From Octopus vulgaris (Eukaryota), in assembly GCA_951406725.2 (NCBI GenBank), contig OX597819.1:114824001-114888000 (forward strand): a stretch of 64,000 nt of DNA, given 5' to 3'. How positions within the stretch are numbered: position 1 is the stretch's first letter; each line of letters opens with the position of its first letter. A program made the position numbers and the translations under genes. Below the pieces are notes generated by a model that did not search any database, was not told the DNA's origin, and saw nothing but the letters and a program-made list of their open reading frames with translations. Below, one piece after another: positions 32,001 through 46,106 of this stretch.

Positions 32001-35000
32001 CCCCTCCCACAGGTTTAGCAGAAGTGGGTAGGGGCTGTGCTATTGGTGCAGGTGGCTCTGGTTTTCTGCATCTGGCGTTTCTGTTCTGCTGACTGAATCC
32101 GTCTTTCCTCGGCTGTCTTTGCTCCTTTGGTGATTGCGCTGCACCAGGATGAGCGGTCGGCAGCAAGTGTCTCCCAAGTCTCTGTGCCGATGGAGAAGTC
32201 TTTGAGAGAGACTGTCCTTGAAGCGCTTCTTCTGCCTTCCGACTTTGCATTTGCCCTGGCTGAGTTCACCATTGAAGAGTTGTTTTGGAATGCGAATGTC
32301 GGACATTGAACTACACCTTAAGCTCTCTGTTCCAATTTTTCATTGTAAAACATTTATGATGGTTAGTGTTCTATTGCAGATAGTGGGAGTGTGTTTTTTG
32401 TTCAATTGCAGTCCTCAGATCTTACTTCATGGGCAAAGCCCAACAATAGATTGCCATCCTGGTATTTTAAAAATTTATGTTAATTTAGATATCTTGAAAG
32501 AATTGGAGCAAGTGAATTGTTTGAAGGCACTTTTTTTCTTAGCTATATACATAGGAACCGTCTGGATTATATAAAACAATTTTACTATTTACATCCTATA
32601 TCAAGACATGCAAATCAAAATTATACAACTAGAAATCGTGGAAAATTGTTTTCCTTACTAAATAAGGAACAAAAGTTATATATATATACTTATATATATT
32701 AGTGTTTATTGATTGTGCCTTCTCTTGTAGCTCTCCCCATAACTCATTTGTTGCACTGAGTCAATTTTCTTTGGGAAGTGGTGTTCCACTGTTAGACACC
32801 TTATGGCAAACAAAGAGAACAGCAATCTAGATAACTGAGAATAAATATTCTCCATAGGAATAGCATGATATCCATTTTCTGTATTTTTAATGATCTCAGA
32901 ATCCAACCAGACACTGGCCTACAGTGGTTTTATCTTGGTAACATATAGATGGAGTGTTCTGAGTTCAAATGCAACCAAGGTTGACTTTGCCTTTCATCCT
33001 TATGGTGTCGATAAAGTAAGTACCAGTTGAGTACGGGAGTTGTTGTAATCAACTAACTCCTTCCCTCGAAATTGCTAGCCTTGTGTCAAAATTGCTAGCC
33101 TTGTGTCAAAATCTGCAACCAATATGTAGATGGCATGTTGCATCATAATTCGTGTGGACCCCCAGGTCATGCACCCACTATATCTCTAAAATTGCACTAC
33201 TCCTCGGCCCAGTGTATTTTATAACAATGCTTGAAGTTGCTCAACGTTGAACTGCATGTTATGTTTATCAGCTGGCAAAGAAAAGAAGTCACTGACAAAG
33301 CACTTTCAGGCGAAGACTATCATGTTTTATAGGGGTTCCTAGGACTTGTGTTCAGTGTGTCCTTCCCTTTTTATGGATTAATCAATATTTATTATTCAAA
33401 ATTCAACAAAGAAATATGAATAAAAGGGGATTGTTAATCATTGGCGGACTTAGTGTAAGGTTTTCCACTCATTTCCATATTCAGCTGCTAGATATATTTT
33501 ACTGAGTGACATTCCACAGTCTGTACGAATGGTATGGTGGTATGTTGTTCTTGTTTCCTCATGCTCTCCACCTTGTAGGGTCTTAAGCTGTAGGTACTGT
33601 TGGTAGCATTTATTGGGTGAGTGTTGCAGTTGGTGACCTGTTCATCTCAACTGGCGTTCTTTTATCCTTGTGCTCATTTGCTTTTTATCAGTCATTTGGT
33701 ACAAGGTATTCTTGGAAATGTGGTCGTTATAGGACATCTGATATATTATCCTAAGGTTTCTTGTGTGAAAAGTGATCACCATGATCCTTTACTGAATTGT
33801 ACTTGTTACCCATGTTTTTGTATGTAAAAATTACAATTACCAGATTTCCAATTTTCTAATGTGTTATTCTTAGAATTAAGTTAAATTACGGGAAACCTTT
33901 GCAACCTTGATGTGTAGAAATTACATTTGTATTTAAAAGCTGTTAATTCCTCCCTTATGCTTCAATATTGAAAGTGGTTTTGAGAAATGGAATTAGTTTC
34001 TAGCAATTAATCAAACCATTATTACTATTTGATATTATCCCTAAAAGCCCATTTCAAAATCTTTAGTGCATTAACTGTTAGTTAATGGTGAAACAAATAA
34101 CGTTCGTCCTTCGGGTTCGAAGATGACCATTGACATCATTTGGTGGAATTGCTGCAATGAGACCAGAAGTGGCTGGTGAGGTCAATCCGGGCAAGAAAGC
34201 CCCTCCCACATGTGGGGCAGAAGTGGGTAGGGGCTGTGCTATTGGTGCAGGTGGCTCTGGCTTTCTGCATCTGGCGTTTCTGTTCTGCTGACTGAATCCG
34301 TCTCTCCTCGGCTGTCTTTGCTCCTGTGGTGATTGCGCTGTGCCAGGATGAGCGGTCGGCAGCAAGTGTCTCCCAAGTCTCTGTGCCGATGGAGAAGTCT
34401 TTGAGAGAGACTTTGAGACTGTCCTTGAAGCGCTTCTTCTGCCCTCCGACTTTGCGTTTGCCCTGGCTGAGTTCACCGTAGAAGAGCTCTTCTGGGATGC
34501 GAGTGTCGGACATTTGAGTGAGGCTGTGGAGAAATTACATTTGTATTTAAGAGCTGTTAATTCCTCCCTTATGCTTCAATGTTCAAAGTGGTTTTGAGAA
34601 GTGGAATGAGTTTCTAGCAATTAATCAAACGATTATCACTATTTGATATTATCCCTAAATGCTCATTTCAAAATCTTGAGTGCATTATCTGTTAGTTAAT
34701 GGTGAAACAAATACAGAACATTGACACTATACCTTAAGCTCTCTGTTCCAATTTTTCATCGTAAAACAGTTATGATGTTCTATTGCAGATAGTGGGAGTG
34801 TGTTTTTTGTTTAGTTGCAGAACTGAGATTTTACTCATGGGCAAAGCCCAACAATAGATTGCCATCATGGTATTTTAAAAATTTGTTTAGTTAGATATCT
34901 TAAAAGAATTGGAGAAAGTGGATTGCTTGAAGGCACTTTTTTCTAAGCTAAATACTTAGGAACCGTCTGGATTATATAAAACAATTTTACTATTTACATC

Positions 35001-35081
35001 CTATATCAAGACATGACAATCAAAATTATACAACTAGAGATCGTGGAAAAAAATTTTTCCTTACTAAATAAGGAACAAAAG

Positions 35082-35129
<48 letters not shown>

Positions 35130-38100
35130 AGTGTTTGTGCCTTCTCTTGTAGCTCTCCCCATAACTCATTTGTTGCACTGAGTCAATTTTCTTTGGGAAG
35201 TGGTGTTCCACTGTTAGACACTTTATGGCAAACAAAGAGAACAGCAATCTAGAAGACTGAGAATAAATATTCTCCATAGGAATAGCATGATATCCTTTTT
35301 CCTTATTTTGAATGATCTCGGAATCCAACCAGTCACTGGTCTACAGTGGTTCCATCTTGGTAATATGTAGATGGAGTGTTCTGAGTTCAAATGCCACCAA
35401 GGTTAACTTTGCTTTTCATCCTTATGATGTCGATAAAGTAAGTACCAGTTGAGTCCTGGGGTTGATGGAATTAACTTACCCCTTTCCTTGAAATTGCTGG
35501 CCTTGTGCCAAAATCTGCAACCAATATATAGATGGCATGTTGCATCATTATTCGTGTGGACCCCCAGGTCATGCACCAACTATATCTCTAAAATGGCACT
35601 ACTCCTCGGCCCAGTGTATTCTGATTGCACTCTGTTGGCTTATAACAATGCTTGAAGTTGCTCAGCATTGAACTGCATGTTATGTTCATCAGCTAGCAAA
35701 GGAAAAAAAGTCACTGACAAAGCATTTTTAAGAGAAGACCATGTTTTATAGGGATTCCTAGGACTTGTGTTCAGTGTGTCCTTCTCATTTTATGGATAAA
35801 TCAATATTTATTATTCAAAATTCAACAAAGAAATATGAATAAAAGGGGATTGTTAATCATTGGCAGACTCAGTTTAAGGTTTTCCACTCATTTCCATCCA
35901 TCTTCAGCTGCTAGATATATTTCACTGAGTGACATCCCACAGTCTGTATGAATGGTATGGTGGTATGTTGTTCTTGTTTCCTCATGCTCTCCACCTTGTA
36001 GGGTCTTAAGCAGTAGGTACTGTTGATAGTATTTATTGGGTGGGTGTTGCAGTTGGTGACCTGTTCATCTCAACTGGTGTTCCTTTCTCTTTGTGCTGAT
36101 TTGCTTTTTGTCAGTCATTTGGTACAATGCATTCTTGGAAATGTGGTCATTATAGGATATCTGATATATTATCCTCAGGTTTCTTGTGTGAAAAGTGTTC
36201 ACCATGACCCTTTACTGATTTGTATTTGTTACCCATGTTTTACTTCTTTATGTAAAAATTACATTTACCAGTTTTTCAATTTTCTAATGCATTATTCCTA
36301 GAATTAAATTAAATTATGTGACACCTTTGCAACCTTGATGTGGAGGAATTACATTTGTATTTAAAAGCTGTTAATTCCTCCATTATGCTTCAATATTGAA
36401 AGTAGTTTTGAGAAATGGAATGAGTTTCTAGCAATTTCTCATGGAAGAAAAAAACAAACAACACTTGGCTTGTGAGATTATCTCTGTGCTTTTGTCAAAG
36501 CCAATGTTATTTACAGCCATTCTCGAAACTATATCTGCTAGATTGTTCTACAATAGATGTTGTTCATTGTTTACATCCATTTTTCTATGCTTATATCAAG
36601 TGGACAAATCTTTTCCAGCTCAGCATCATGCCATTTGTTGCAGTTCCATCCACATTTATTTTATGTTGCACATTGAGAATAGTTTTCTCTACTTCTTCCC
36701 AAATCTTTCTTTTCTGCTTATTCCTATTCCATTAATAGCTTTATACTTGTTTACCCACTGTCTTTCATCATATGCATTGGATGTTTATACCACTTTAGGC
36801 TCCTCCTTTGCACACCAAGGTTGATACCTCTTATACACAGTGTCTCTCTCGTATAATCTGTTTTCGTTGGGCACACAGTATAATATTCCAACCTACATCT
36901 TTTTAGCATATTGAGCATGGGCATTTCTTAAATGGCAGTTCTACATTTTTTTTATTACCTGACGAGAGTTTTACTAAGTTTACTTTAATCCTTCTTGATT
37001 CTTGGTTTTGACTTCCATGTTTTGAATTTCTTTTCCAATTCTTAGACTGATTCAGGCGGAAACTAGGTCAAAATTAAGATCTCAAAGGTAGTGAGCCAGC
37101 CAACTTTCGGTTAAGGGAATACATAGATACCTCATCCATCCAATAAAAATTCTCTTGAAACCATGTTCTTTCTAATTCTTAACTGGTATTATTAATGATG
37201 GAATGTTGCAATTTCATATACAATCACATCTCTTCCATTTGTCTCTTAGCAAGGGATTTGAGTGAGGCTGTAGAGAAATTACATTTGTATTTAAAAGCTG
37301 TTAATTCCTCCCTTATGCTTCAATATTGAAAGTGGTTTTGAGAAATGGAATGAGTTTCTAGCAATTAATCAAACCATTATCACTATTTGATATTATCCCT
37401 AAAAGCTCATTTCAAAATCTTTAGGGCATTAACTGTTAGTTAATGGTGAAACAAATACAGAACATTGACTATACACCTTAAGCTCTCTGTTCCAATTTTT
37501 CATCGTAAAACATTTATGATGGTTAGTGTTCTATTGCAGATAGTGGGAGTGTGTTTTTTGTTCAATTGCAGTCCTGAGATCTTACTTCATGGGCAAAGCC
37601 CAAGAATAGATTGCCATTCTGGTATTTTAAAAATTTGTTAATTTAGATATCTTAACAGAATTGGTGAAAGTGGATTGCTTGAAGGCACTTTTTTTCTAAG
37701 CTAAATACTTAGGAACTGTCTGGATTATGTAAAAGTATTTTACTATTTACATCCTATATCAAGACATGACAATCAAAATTATACAACTAGAAATCGTGGA
37801 AAAACAAGGAACTTATGTCAGCATCAAGATGAACAAAATCATTAAGATCACTGCCCACACGGAGCCCATAGCGATAATGAGTGTTTTTTAAAAATATTCC
37901 ATTATAAGCAGTGACGTCAAAAATGGTTGAATGTAGAAGATTCTAGAAAGTTCAAGGGTTCAAACAAGGTTGGAAGAGAGAGAGGTCTAAGAATATAAAT
38001 ATATATATTTATATATATTACTAATTGTTTGTGCATTCTCTTGTAGCTCTCCCTATGACCCATTTGTTGCACTGAGTCAATTTTCTTTAGGAAGTGGTGT

Positions 38101-41100
38101 TCCACTGTTAGACACTTTATGGCAAACAAAGAGAACAGCAATCTAGATGACTGAGAATAAATATTCTCCATAGGAATAGTATGATACCCTTTTTCCGTAT
38201 TTTTAATGATCTCAGGATCCAACCAGCCACTGGCCTACAGTGGTTCCATCTTGGTAATATGTAAGAGAGTTCTGAGTTGAAATGCGACCAATGTTGACTT
38301 TGCCTTTCATCCTTATGGTGTCGATAAAGTAAGTACCAGTTGAGTACGGGGGTTGTTGTAATCAACTAACTCCTTCCCTCGAAATTGCTGGCCTTGTGCC
38401 AAAAACTGCAACCAATATGTAGATGGCATGTTGCATCATTACTCATATGGATCCCCAGGTCATGCACCCTCTATATCTCTAGAATTTCACTACTTCTTGG
38501 TCCAGTGTATACTGATTGCACTCTGTTGGCTTATAACAGTGCTTGAAGTTGCTCAACGTTGATCTGCATGTTATGTTCATCAGCTGGCAAAGAAAAAAAG
38601 AAGTCACTGACAAAGCATTTTCAACCGAAGACTATCATGTTTTATAGAGGTTCCTAGGACTTGAGTTCAGTGTGTCCTTCCTTTTTTATGTATAAATCAA
38701 TATTCATTATTCAAAATTCAACAAAGAAATATGAATAAAAGGAGATTGTTAATCATTGGCAGACTCAGTTTAAGGTTTTCCACTCATTTCCATCCATCTT
38801 CAGCTGCTAGATATATTTCACTGAGTGACATCCCACAGTCTGTATGAATGGTATGGTGGTATGTTGTTCTTGTTTCCTCATGCTCTCCACCTTGTAGGGT
38901 CTTAAGCAGTTAGGTACTGTTGATAGTATTTATTGGGTGGGTGTTGCAGTTGGTGACCTGTTCATCTCAACTGGCGTTCCTTTCTCTTTGTGCTCATTTG
39001 CTTTTTGTCAGTCATTTGGTACAATGTATTCTTGGAAATGTGGTCATTATAGGATATCTAATATATTATCCTCAGGTTTCTTGTGTGGAAAGTGTTCACC
39101 ATGACCCTTTACTGATTTGTATTTGTTACCCATGTCTTCTGTATGTAAAAATTATAATTACCAGTTTTTCAATTTTCGAATGTTATTCTTAGAATTAAGT
39201 TAAATTATGTGAAACCTTTGCAACCTTGATGTGGAGAAATTACATTTGTATTTAAGAGCTGTTAATTCCTCCCTCATGCTTCAATATTCAAAGTGGTTTT
39301 GAGAAATGGAATTAGTTTCTAGCAATTAATCAAACGATTATCATTATTTGATATTATCCCTAAAAGCTCATTTCAAAATCTTGAGTGCATTAACTGTTAG
39401 TTAATGGTGAAACAAATACAGAATATTGACACTATACCTTAAGCTCTCTGTTCCAATTTTTCATCGTAAAACATTTATGATGGTTAGTGTTCTATTGCAG
39501 ATAGTGGGAATGTTTTTTGTTCAATTGCAGTCCTGAGTCTTACTTCATGGGCAAAACCCCACAATAGATTGCCATCCTGGTATTTTAAATATTTGTTAAT
39601 TTAGATATCTTAAAAGATTTGGACCAATTGAATTGTTTGGAGGCACTTATCTTCTAAGCTAAATACTAAGGAACCGTCTGGATTATATAAAACTATTTTA
39701 CTATTTACATCCTATATAAAGACATTACAATCAACATTATACAACTAGAAATCGTGTAAAAATTTTTACGTTACTAAATAAGGAACAAAAGTTATATATA
39801 TATTTATATATATTACTGCTTATTGTTTGTGCTTTCTCTTGTAGCTCTCCCTATGACTCATTTGTTGCACTGAATCAATTTTCTTTGTTAGACACTTTAT
39901 GGCAAACAAAGAGAACAGCAATCTAGATGACTCAGAATAAATATTCTCCATAGGAATAGCATTATATCCTTTTTCCATATTTTTAATGATCTCACAATCC
40001 AACCAGCCACTGGCCTACAGTGGTTCCATCTCGGTAATATGTAGATGGAGTGTTCTGGGTTCAAATGCCACCAAGGTTAACTTTGACTTTTATCCTTATG
40101 GTGTCAATAAAGTAAGTACGAGTTGAGTACTGGGGTTGTTGTAATCAACTGACCCCTTCCCTCAAAATTTCTAGCCTTGTGCCAAAATCTGCAACCAATA
40201 TGTAGATGGCATGTTGCATCATTACTCATGTGGAACCCCAGGTCATTCACCCACTATATCTCTAAAATTGCACTACTCCTAGGCCCAGTGTATTCTGACT
40301 GCACTCTGTTGGCTTATAACAGTGCTTGAAGTTGCTCAGCATTGAACTGCATGTTATGTTCATCAGCTGGCAAAGAAAAGAAGTCACTGACAAAGCACTT
40401 TCAAGCGAAGACCATGTTTTATAGGGGTTCCTAGGACTTGTGTTATGGATAAAGCAATATTATTATTCAAAATTCAACAAAGAAATATGAATAAAAGGGG
40501 ATTGTTAATCATTGGCAGACTTAGTGTAAGGTTATCCACTCATTTCCATCTTCAGCTGCTAGATATATTTCACTGAGTGACATCCCACAGTCTGTATGAA
40601 TGGTATGGTGGCATGTTGTTCTTGTTTCCTCATGCTCTCAACCTTGTAGGGTCTTAAGCTGTAGGTACTGTTGGTAGCATTCATTGGGTGAGTGTTGCAG
40701 TTGGTGACCTGTTCATCTCAACTGGTGTTCCTTTATCCTTGTGCTCATTTGCTTTTTGTCAGTCATTTGGTACAATGTATCCTTGGAAATGTGGTCATTA
40801 TAGGACATCTGATATATCCTCCTCAGGTTTCTTGTGTGAAAAGTGTTAACCATGACCCTTTACTGATTTGTATTTGTTACCCATGTTTTACTTCTTTATG
40901 TAAAAATTACATTTACCAGTTTTTCAATTTTCTAATGCATTATTCCTAGAATTAAATTAAATTATGTGACACCTTTGCAACCTTGATGTGGAGGAATTAC
41001 ATTTGTATTTAAGAGCCGTTAATTCCTCCCTTATGCTTCAATATTCAAAGTGGGTTTGTGAAATGGAATGAGTTTCTAGCAGTCAATCAAACCATTACCA

Positions 41101-42149
41101 CTATTTGATATTATCCCTAAAAGCTCATTTCAAAATCTTTAGTGCATTAACTGTTAGTTAATGGTGAAACAAATACAGAACATTGACACTATACCTTAAG
41201 CTCTCTGTTCCAATTTTTCATTGCAAAGCAATTATTTATGATGGTTAGTGTTCTATTGCAGATAGTGGGAGCGTGTTTTTTTTTTTAGTTGCAGTCCTGA
41301 GATCTTACTTCATGGGCAAAACCCCACAATAGATTGCCATCCTGGTATTTTAAAAATTTATGTTAATTTAGATATCTTAAAAGAACTGGAGCAAGTGAAT
41401 TGTTTGAAGGCACTTTTCTTCTTAGCTAAATACTTAGGAACCGTGTATCCATTTGATGGCTGTCATCTAGTAAGATAAAGCAAGGTAGGAACCAGTTTTA
41501 TGAGAGAAAAATTATAACCGTTTACTTCTTGTGTAAGCCTCTACAGATTGAGCTTTGATATAGAAATGTGTGTATATATACAATGTGATGTATTTATATT
41601 ATAGTACCATGCATAGTAAATTATACTACTGCTGTATTTACATGCTACGTTTCTCTATTCTCAGATAAAATATTTGAGGTTTAAAGGTTAAGAAGCATTT
41701 TTCATTCCTTTTTGAAGTTGGTCTGATAATTTTTTTTCCCATTTTTGGCTAATTTTGATTCAGTTTCTGGAAAATTTGAGGAAAGTAGGAATGACTCACA
41801 ACCTCATTTATCTGTTATATAAAAACAAGTTTTTATAAAAACATTGTTTTCCTACTGATTTACACCATGTTGAATCTCAGCTTATCTGGATTTCTATTTT
41901 TGAATATTGTGGGATTTATGTTTGTAGATCAGAAAGGTAGCACTAGATATCGGGTTTAATTCAGCAGGATACTACTTTTGCAAATCATCCATACATTGAA
42001 TTCAAATCTCATTGAGTCAATTACATAAATAGCAATATTGTACAAGAGAATGTTCAGTTAACTATACACTTTCTTAAAAATATATGGCATTGTACCAAAG
42101 TAAAACAGTAACACTTTATTCTCTTGTAATAGAAATTTAATCAAACTAA

Positions 42150-42370
42150 ACCTGTTGTGTGTGTTTGTGTCTATTTGCCCCCCCCACCACTGTTTGACAA
42201 GCTGTTGGTTTGTGTCCCTATAACTTAACAGTTTGGCAAAATATACTGATATAATAAGCACCAGTCTTAAAATAATATACCCAGGTTTGATTTGTTTGAC
42301 TGAAATCTCTTCAAAGTAGTACCTGAGCATGGATGCAGTCTAATGACTGAAATAAGTTAAAGGTAAGATG
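42150..42370 (+). mobile_element. Old SINE-like 3' fragment
   Basis: GT-rich start and an ending ...GCATGGATGCAGTCTAATGACTGAAATAAG resembling an abundant cephalopod SINE tail. Recognised from memory only. Confidence 0.4.
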
Positions 42371-43240
42371 TCTTCTGTCATGTGACTTCATATTTATTTT
42401 GAAGGAACCTGTTAAGGTCTGCCTTTTTGACCAAGGTAATCCTCAATGAACAGTCTTCTTGGTAAACCATATTATATCAGTGTTGCTATCATCTGTTGTT
42501 GAAAAAACATTGAGGATGCTGCATATAGTAAGGTTTGGGATGCAGAGGAATAAAAATTGCCAGCCATATTGAGTAAATCTATACGTATGCGTGTTATTGT
42601 TACTCTTGGAAACCAGTTTATCACATCCATACTGTTATTCTGCTGACATCCATTATGTTGTTTATGTTGTTTTGAATCTTCTAAAATATATATATATGTG
42701 TGTGTGTGTATATATAGTGTTTTTGAAGTGGTGTACAGATATTGTATATTGAGAAAAAGGAGGCAATCAAAATTTTGGATAATTCTTTATTAGTGCTTTA
42801 GTTCATTTTTCAAACTTATCAAGGCAAAATCAAAAGGATAAAAGCAGGACATTTTGTTCATTTCTATGAAAGGGCATTTGTTTTTTGTTTTGTTTAGAAG
42901 AGAACATTGTTTTTGTCCCTTTTTGGGGGGGAAAAAGGGAGAGAAAAGCATAGTGGGGGAATGAATGGAGGTTTCAGGACAAACAAGAAAAATATAATAT
43001 AGGATGGAGAAAGAATAGATAAAGGTTTCTTTCCAATTTGATGTATTCAGTTCATTTAAATTTCATTACAAAGCATTTTTTTCCTTTCCATTGTATAGCT
43101 ATCAACATATAGATATACACATTTTCTCACAAGGGTTGGTGACCTTTCAAATATGTCAATTTCAGGAAGTAGGAAGAGTTGGGAAGAGTGTGATCATTGA
43201 AAAATGAGTTCAGTCCTATGAAAATGTATATTCCTTTACA

Positions 43241-43243
<3 letters not shown>

Positions 43244-43304
<61 letters not shown>

Positions 43305-43318
43305 TATGTATGTATGTA
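43244..43318. repeat. (TA)n(TATG)n microsatellite
   Basis: Directly visible. Confidence 0.95.
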
Positions 43319-43397
43319 GGTCCCGGGTGGAGTCGGGGTTAACCACAGTAAATAAGGTACTCAATACATAGCAGAGTAAAGTAATTTATTTTATAGG

Positions 43398-43448
43398 AGC
43401 TTCTACAGGACTAGAACTGTTTCATTCAGATGAAATCTTCAGGAAGCT
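43398..43448 (-). ncRNA. Type I hammerhead ribozyme with an intact catalytic core
   Basis: Minus strand: AGCTTC-CTGAAGA-TTTCATCTGAAT-GAAA-CAG(TTCTAGTC)CTG-TA-GAAGCT. This gives a 6 bp stem I, CUGANGA, short stem II, GAAA, stem III and a GUA cleavage triplet. Confidence 0.8.
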
Positions 43449-44284
43449 GGCTGTCAAAATAAGTTCTGATATTTATGCATTTAGGCAGATTTAATGGAGT
43501 GGTGGTGGGGGACGTTTTTGGGTAGGTTGGTATTTAGGAGATAAACAGGGCACAAGCTATTAAAATATATATATATATATATCAATATCAATAATACAGT
43601 GAGTGTTTCTTGTCAGGAACAAAAAGATTAATAGGACTGCTATAGAAGTGCTTTATTGAAAGAGACAAAAATATTAAACTAAAATTATTGAACAAACAAA
43701 TGCAAGGTCATCCGCATATCATTTCATAATTCGAACATTTAATCATAGAATATACATATAAACATCCCGCAAGATGGAACATAATTCATCTGTATAAGCA
43801 GACAAGCATATAATAATAATAAGGTGCGAGAAAAAATTTTCTTCATCAAAATTTAGCGTTAATATTTTAGCGATTCAGAAAAAATACATTTTTAAAAAAA
43901 CGTAGAAAGTAAAAATATAATATAAGTAGTATATAAAAATATATAGGTATATAAAAATATATATATATATATACACATATAGGAGCATATAAAAAATATA
44001 TAATATGTCATGTAAATAAAATAAAAGTTCATCGTTTAGAAATCTTATTAAATAATTATTTAGGTAAAAGAAGTCTTATAGTTAAGAAGGGAACCATATT
44101 TACTTATCCCTATGGCTATTTCAGGGGTGTATTATGTTTAAAGCACTAGGGTGCATCCAGATAATACCTCCTTCGTCAGGGGAAAAAATATATAAACATA
44201 AAGATAGACATCATCACGTACCAAGCCCGCACAATGTTTGCTTTCCTATTGAGGCATTCATGCTCGGATAGCCCAAAAGAGAGA

Positions 44285-46106
44285 TATTTCTTTATTACCC
44301 ACTAGGGGCGACATAGAGGGGACACTACAAGACATTGGGGACATAGAACATTACGTAAGATGAAATTTTGAAAATGATAATATGAAAGTGATGCTAACGG
44401 CCGTATTCCGCTAGCACCACTTACCTGTCCTTCGTAACCTATCATCCACTGTCATCTCCAATCAGAAGCCCTATATTCTCTATCATTCTCTCAGTTTTCT
44501 CTTCATACTCCTTCACCACCACATCCGTAAATCTCACCTTAGTCACCTTCACACCCTCATTCAAACAACTCTCCATAATTCCATCCATCTGTTCCTTTGG
44601 CACCACTGCATAACTCCCATCTACTCTCTCATACCATGAATAATTATTTATAATGTCTTTTGAATTTTCAGTGTCCTCCTTTTTCACGAAACATAGAATA
44701 TGGGGCTTGGGATCTTGTTTACTCTCTTGTGTGTCTGTATTATTTTTTTGTTTTCTTGAACTGAATACATCAAATTGGAAAGAAACCTTTATCTATTCTT
44801 TCCCCATCCTATAATATATTTTTCTTGTTTGTCCTGAAACCTCCATTCATTCCCCCACTATGCTTTTCTCCCCCCCCCCTCAAAAAAGGGACAAAAACAA
44901 TGTTCTCTTCAAAACAAAAAAAAAAAGCCCTTTCATATAAATGAACAAAATGTCCTGCTTTTATCCTTTTGGTAAGTTTGAAAACGTATATTCCTTTACA
45001 CTAATATATATATTAGGGTGCTGGTGGTGTTGAGGTTCAATATAGTTCAATTTTCTTCTCCTTTTTCTTTTCTTTCTTGCATCTTCCTATTTAGTCTGAG
45101 CTTCCTCCTCCTCAGTCTCTTCCTCAACTTGTTTCTGCTCCACCTCCTCCTTTTCCTGGTTCTTCACCAGTTTCCTTTTGTGGGGGAGGGCAGTAAGCTC
45201 TTATGTGGCCCCTCAGGCCACACTTGTAGCATCTTGGTGCTCTGCCCTCCACCCATACTCTTATTACAATATTTCCCATGTTTACATTGTCGGTCATTCT
45301 TTCGAGTGTACCCTCCTCCGCTTGTACGCTCATTTCTAGTGTCTTTCCTCGCCAGCCTTCACCCTTTACAGTAGCCTGCAAGATGTCTACCTCCTCTTCA
45401 ACTTCTTTTATCACAGCTGCAACAACCCACTCACCTTCTATGTGGGGGGGGGGGTATTCCTTCCACTCTTATTCTTGTGGTTCTTTTGTTCATAAATGTT
45501 GGTAATAAGATTACCTTTTCTGTTTTAATCGCCTTTGCTGCCATTTTTCTAGCCATATTCTTATTTCCAAACTGCACCATTACTGTTCCGTACTCGCTGC
45601 CTCTCGCCACAAAAACAATCTCTTCTTCCACTCTCCTTAAAGCCTCCTCAATGTCTTCCATTTTTACCATCTCCACTCTCTTGTTTCCGTTTACATATGT
45701 CCGGTACTTAATAAATCTTTTCTCAAACCATTCACCACGTTTTTCTGGTGGTAATAGTTTTACCTTTCCTCCTTCCTTCGTCACATATACTTGAAAGCCT
45801 GGCAACTTTACCAGGTTTATTTCCTTTTCTTCTGTCTTCCTTGCTGCTCTTGCATAAGTCTTACCGACTTTTACATTCATTTTATTAACGGCACTAATTA
45901 GTTTGTCTTCGGAGGTTGATGCTTCCGACAGACTCTCAAATAGCCTTTCTTCTGCCATCTCTCCCATTAGGGAGGGGCGGTCCATTACTTTTTGTCTGTC
46001 TTAGTACAGACAGACAACGGCCAACAGACTGAAAACAGTATGACAAAGTCGTATAACATAACGTTCAACAACAAATAATCAGCAACTTACAGTAAACACG
46101 TGTGGT
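44285..46106 (-). mobile_element. ORF1-only non-autonomous L1/Tx1-type element (HAL1-like), nested in the PLE 3' region
   Basis: 21 bp TSD TCGGATAG(C/T)CCAAAAGAGAGA at 44264-44284 and 46107-46127; 3' end AATAAAGAAATA. ORF pieces 45431..45985, 45124..45414 (RCYKCGLRGHIRAYC) and 44442..44687; the first two are homologous to Tx1 ORF1. No RT or EN is present. Confidence 0.85.

Larger units (their letters stand above)
1221..41444. repeat. Tandem array of ~8.5 modular units (1.8-3.5 kb) made of decayed TE fragments, interrupted by the 6267-23350 insertion
   Basis: Marker block TGTTTGT(G/T)CCTTCTCTTGTAGCTCTCCC (with minor variants) recurs at ~2831, 23381, 26467, 29587, 32710, 35132, 38026 and 39824. 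The same short spurious ORFs (MDSKIIQNKEKG...) recur with it. Confidence 0.95.

Noticed and set aside
23377-40949. Recurrent 60-127 aa ORFs in the array suggesting a tandem gene family
   Set aside because: They are off-frame or antisense readings of decayed CR1/RTE fragments, and stops and frames differ between units.
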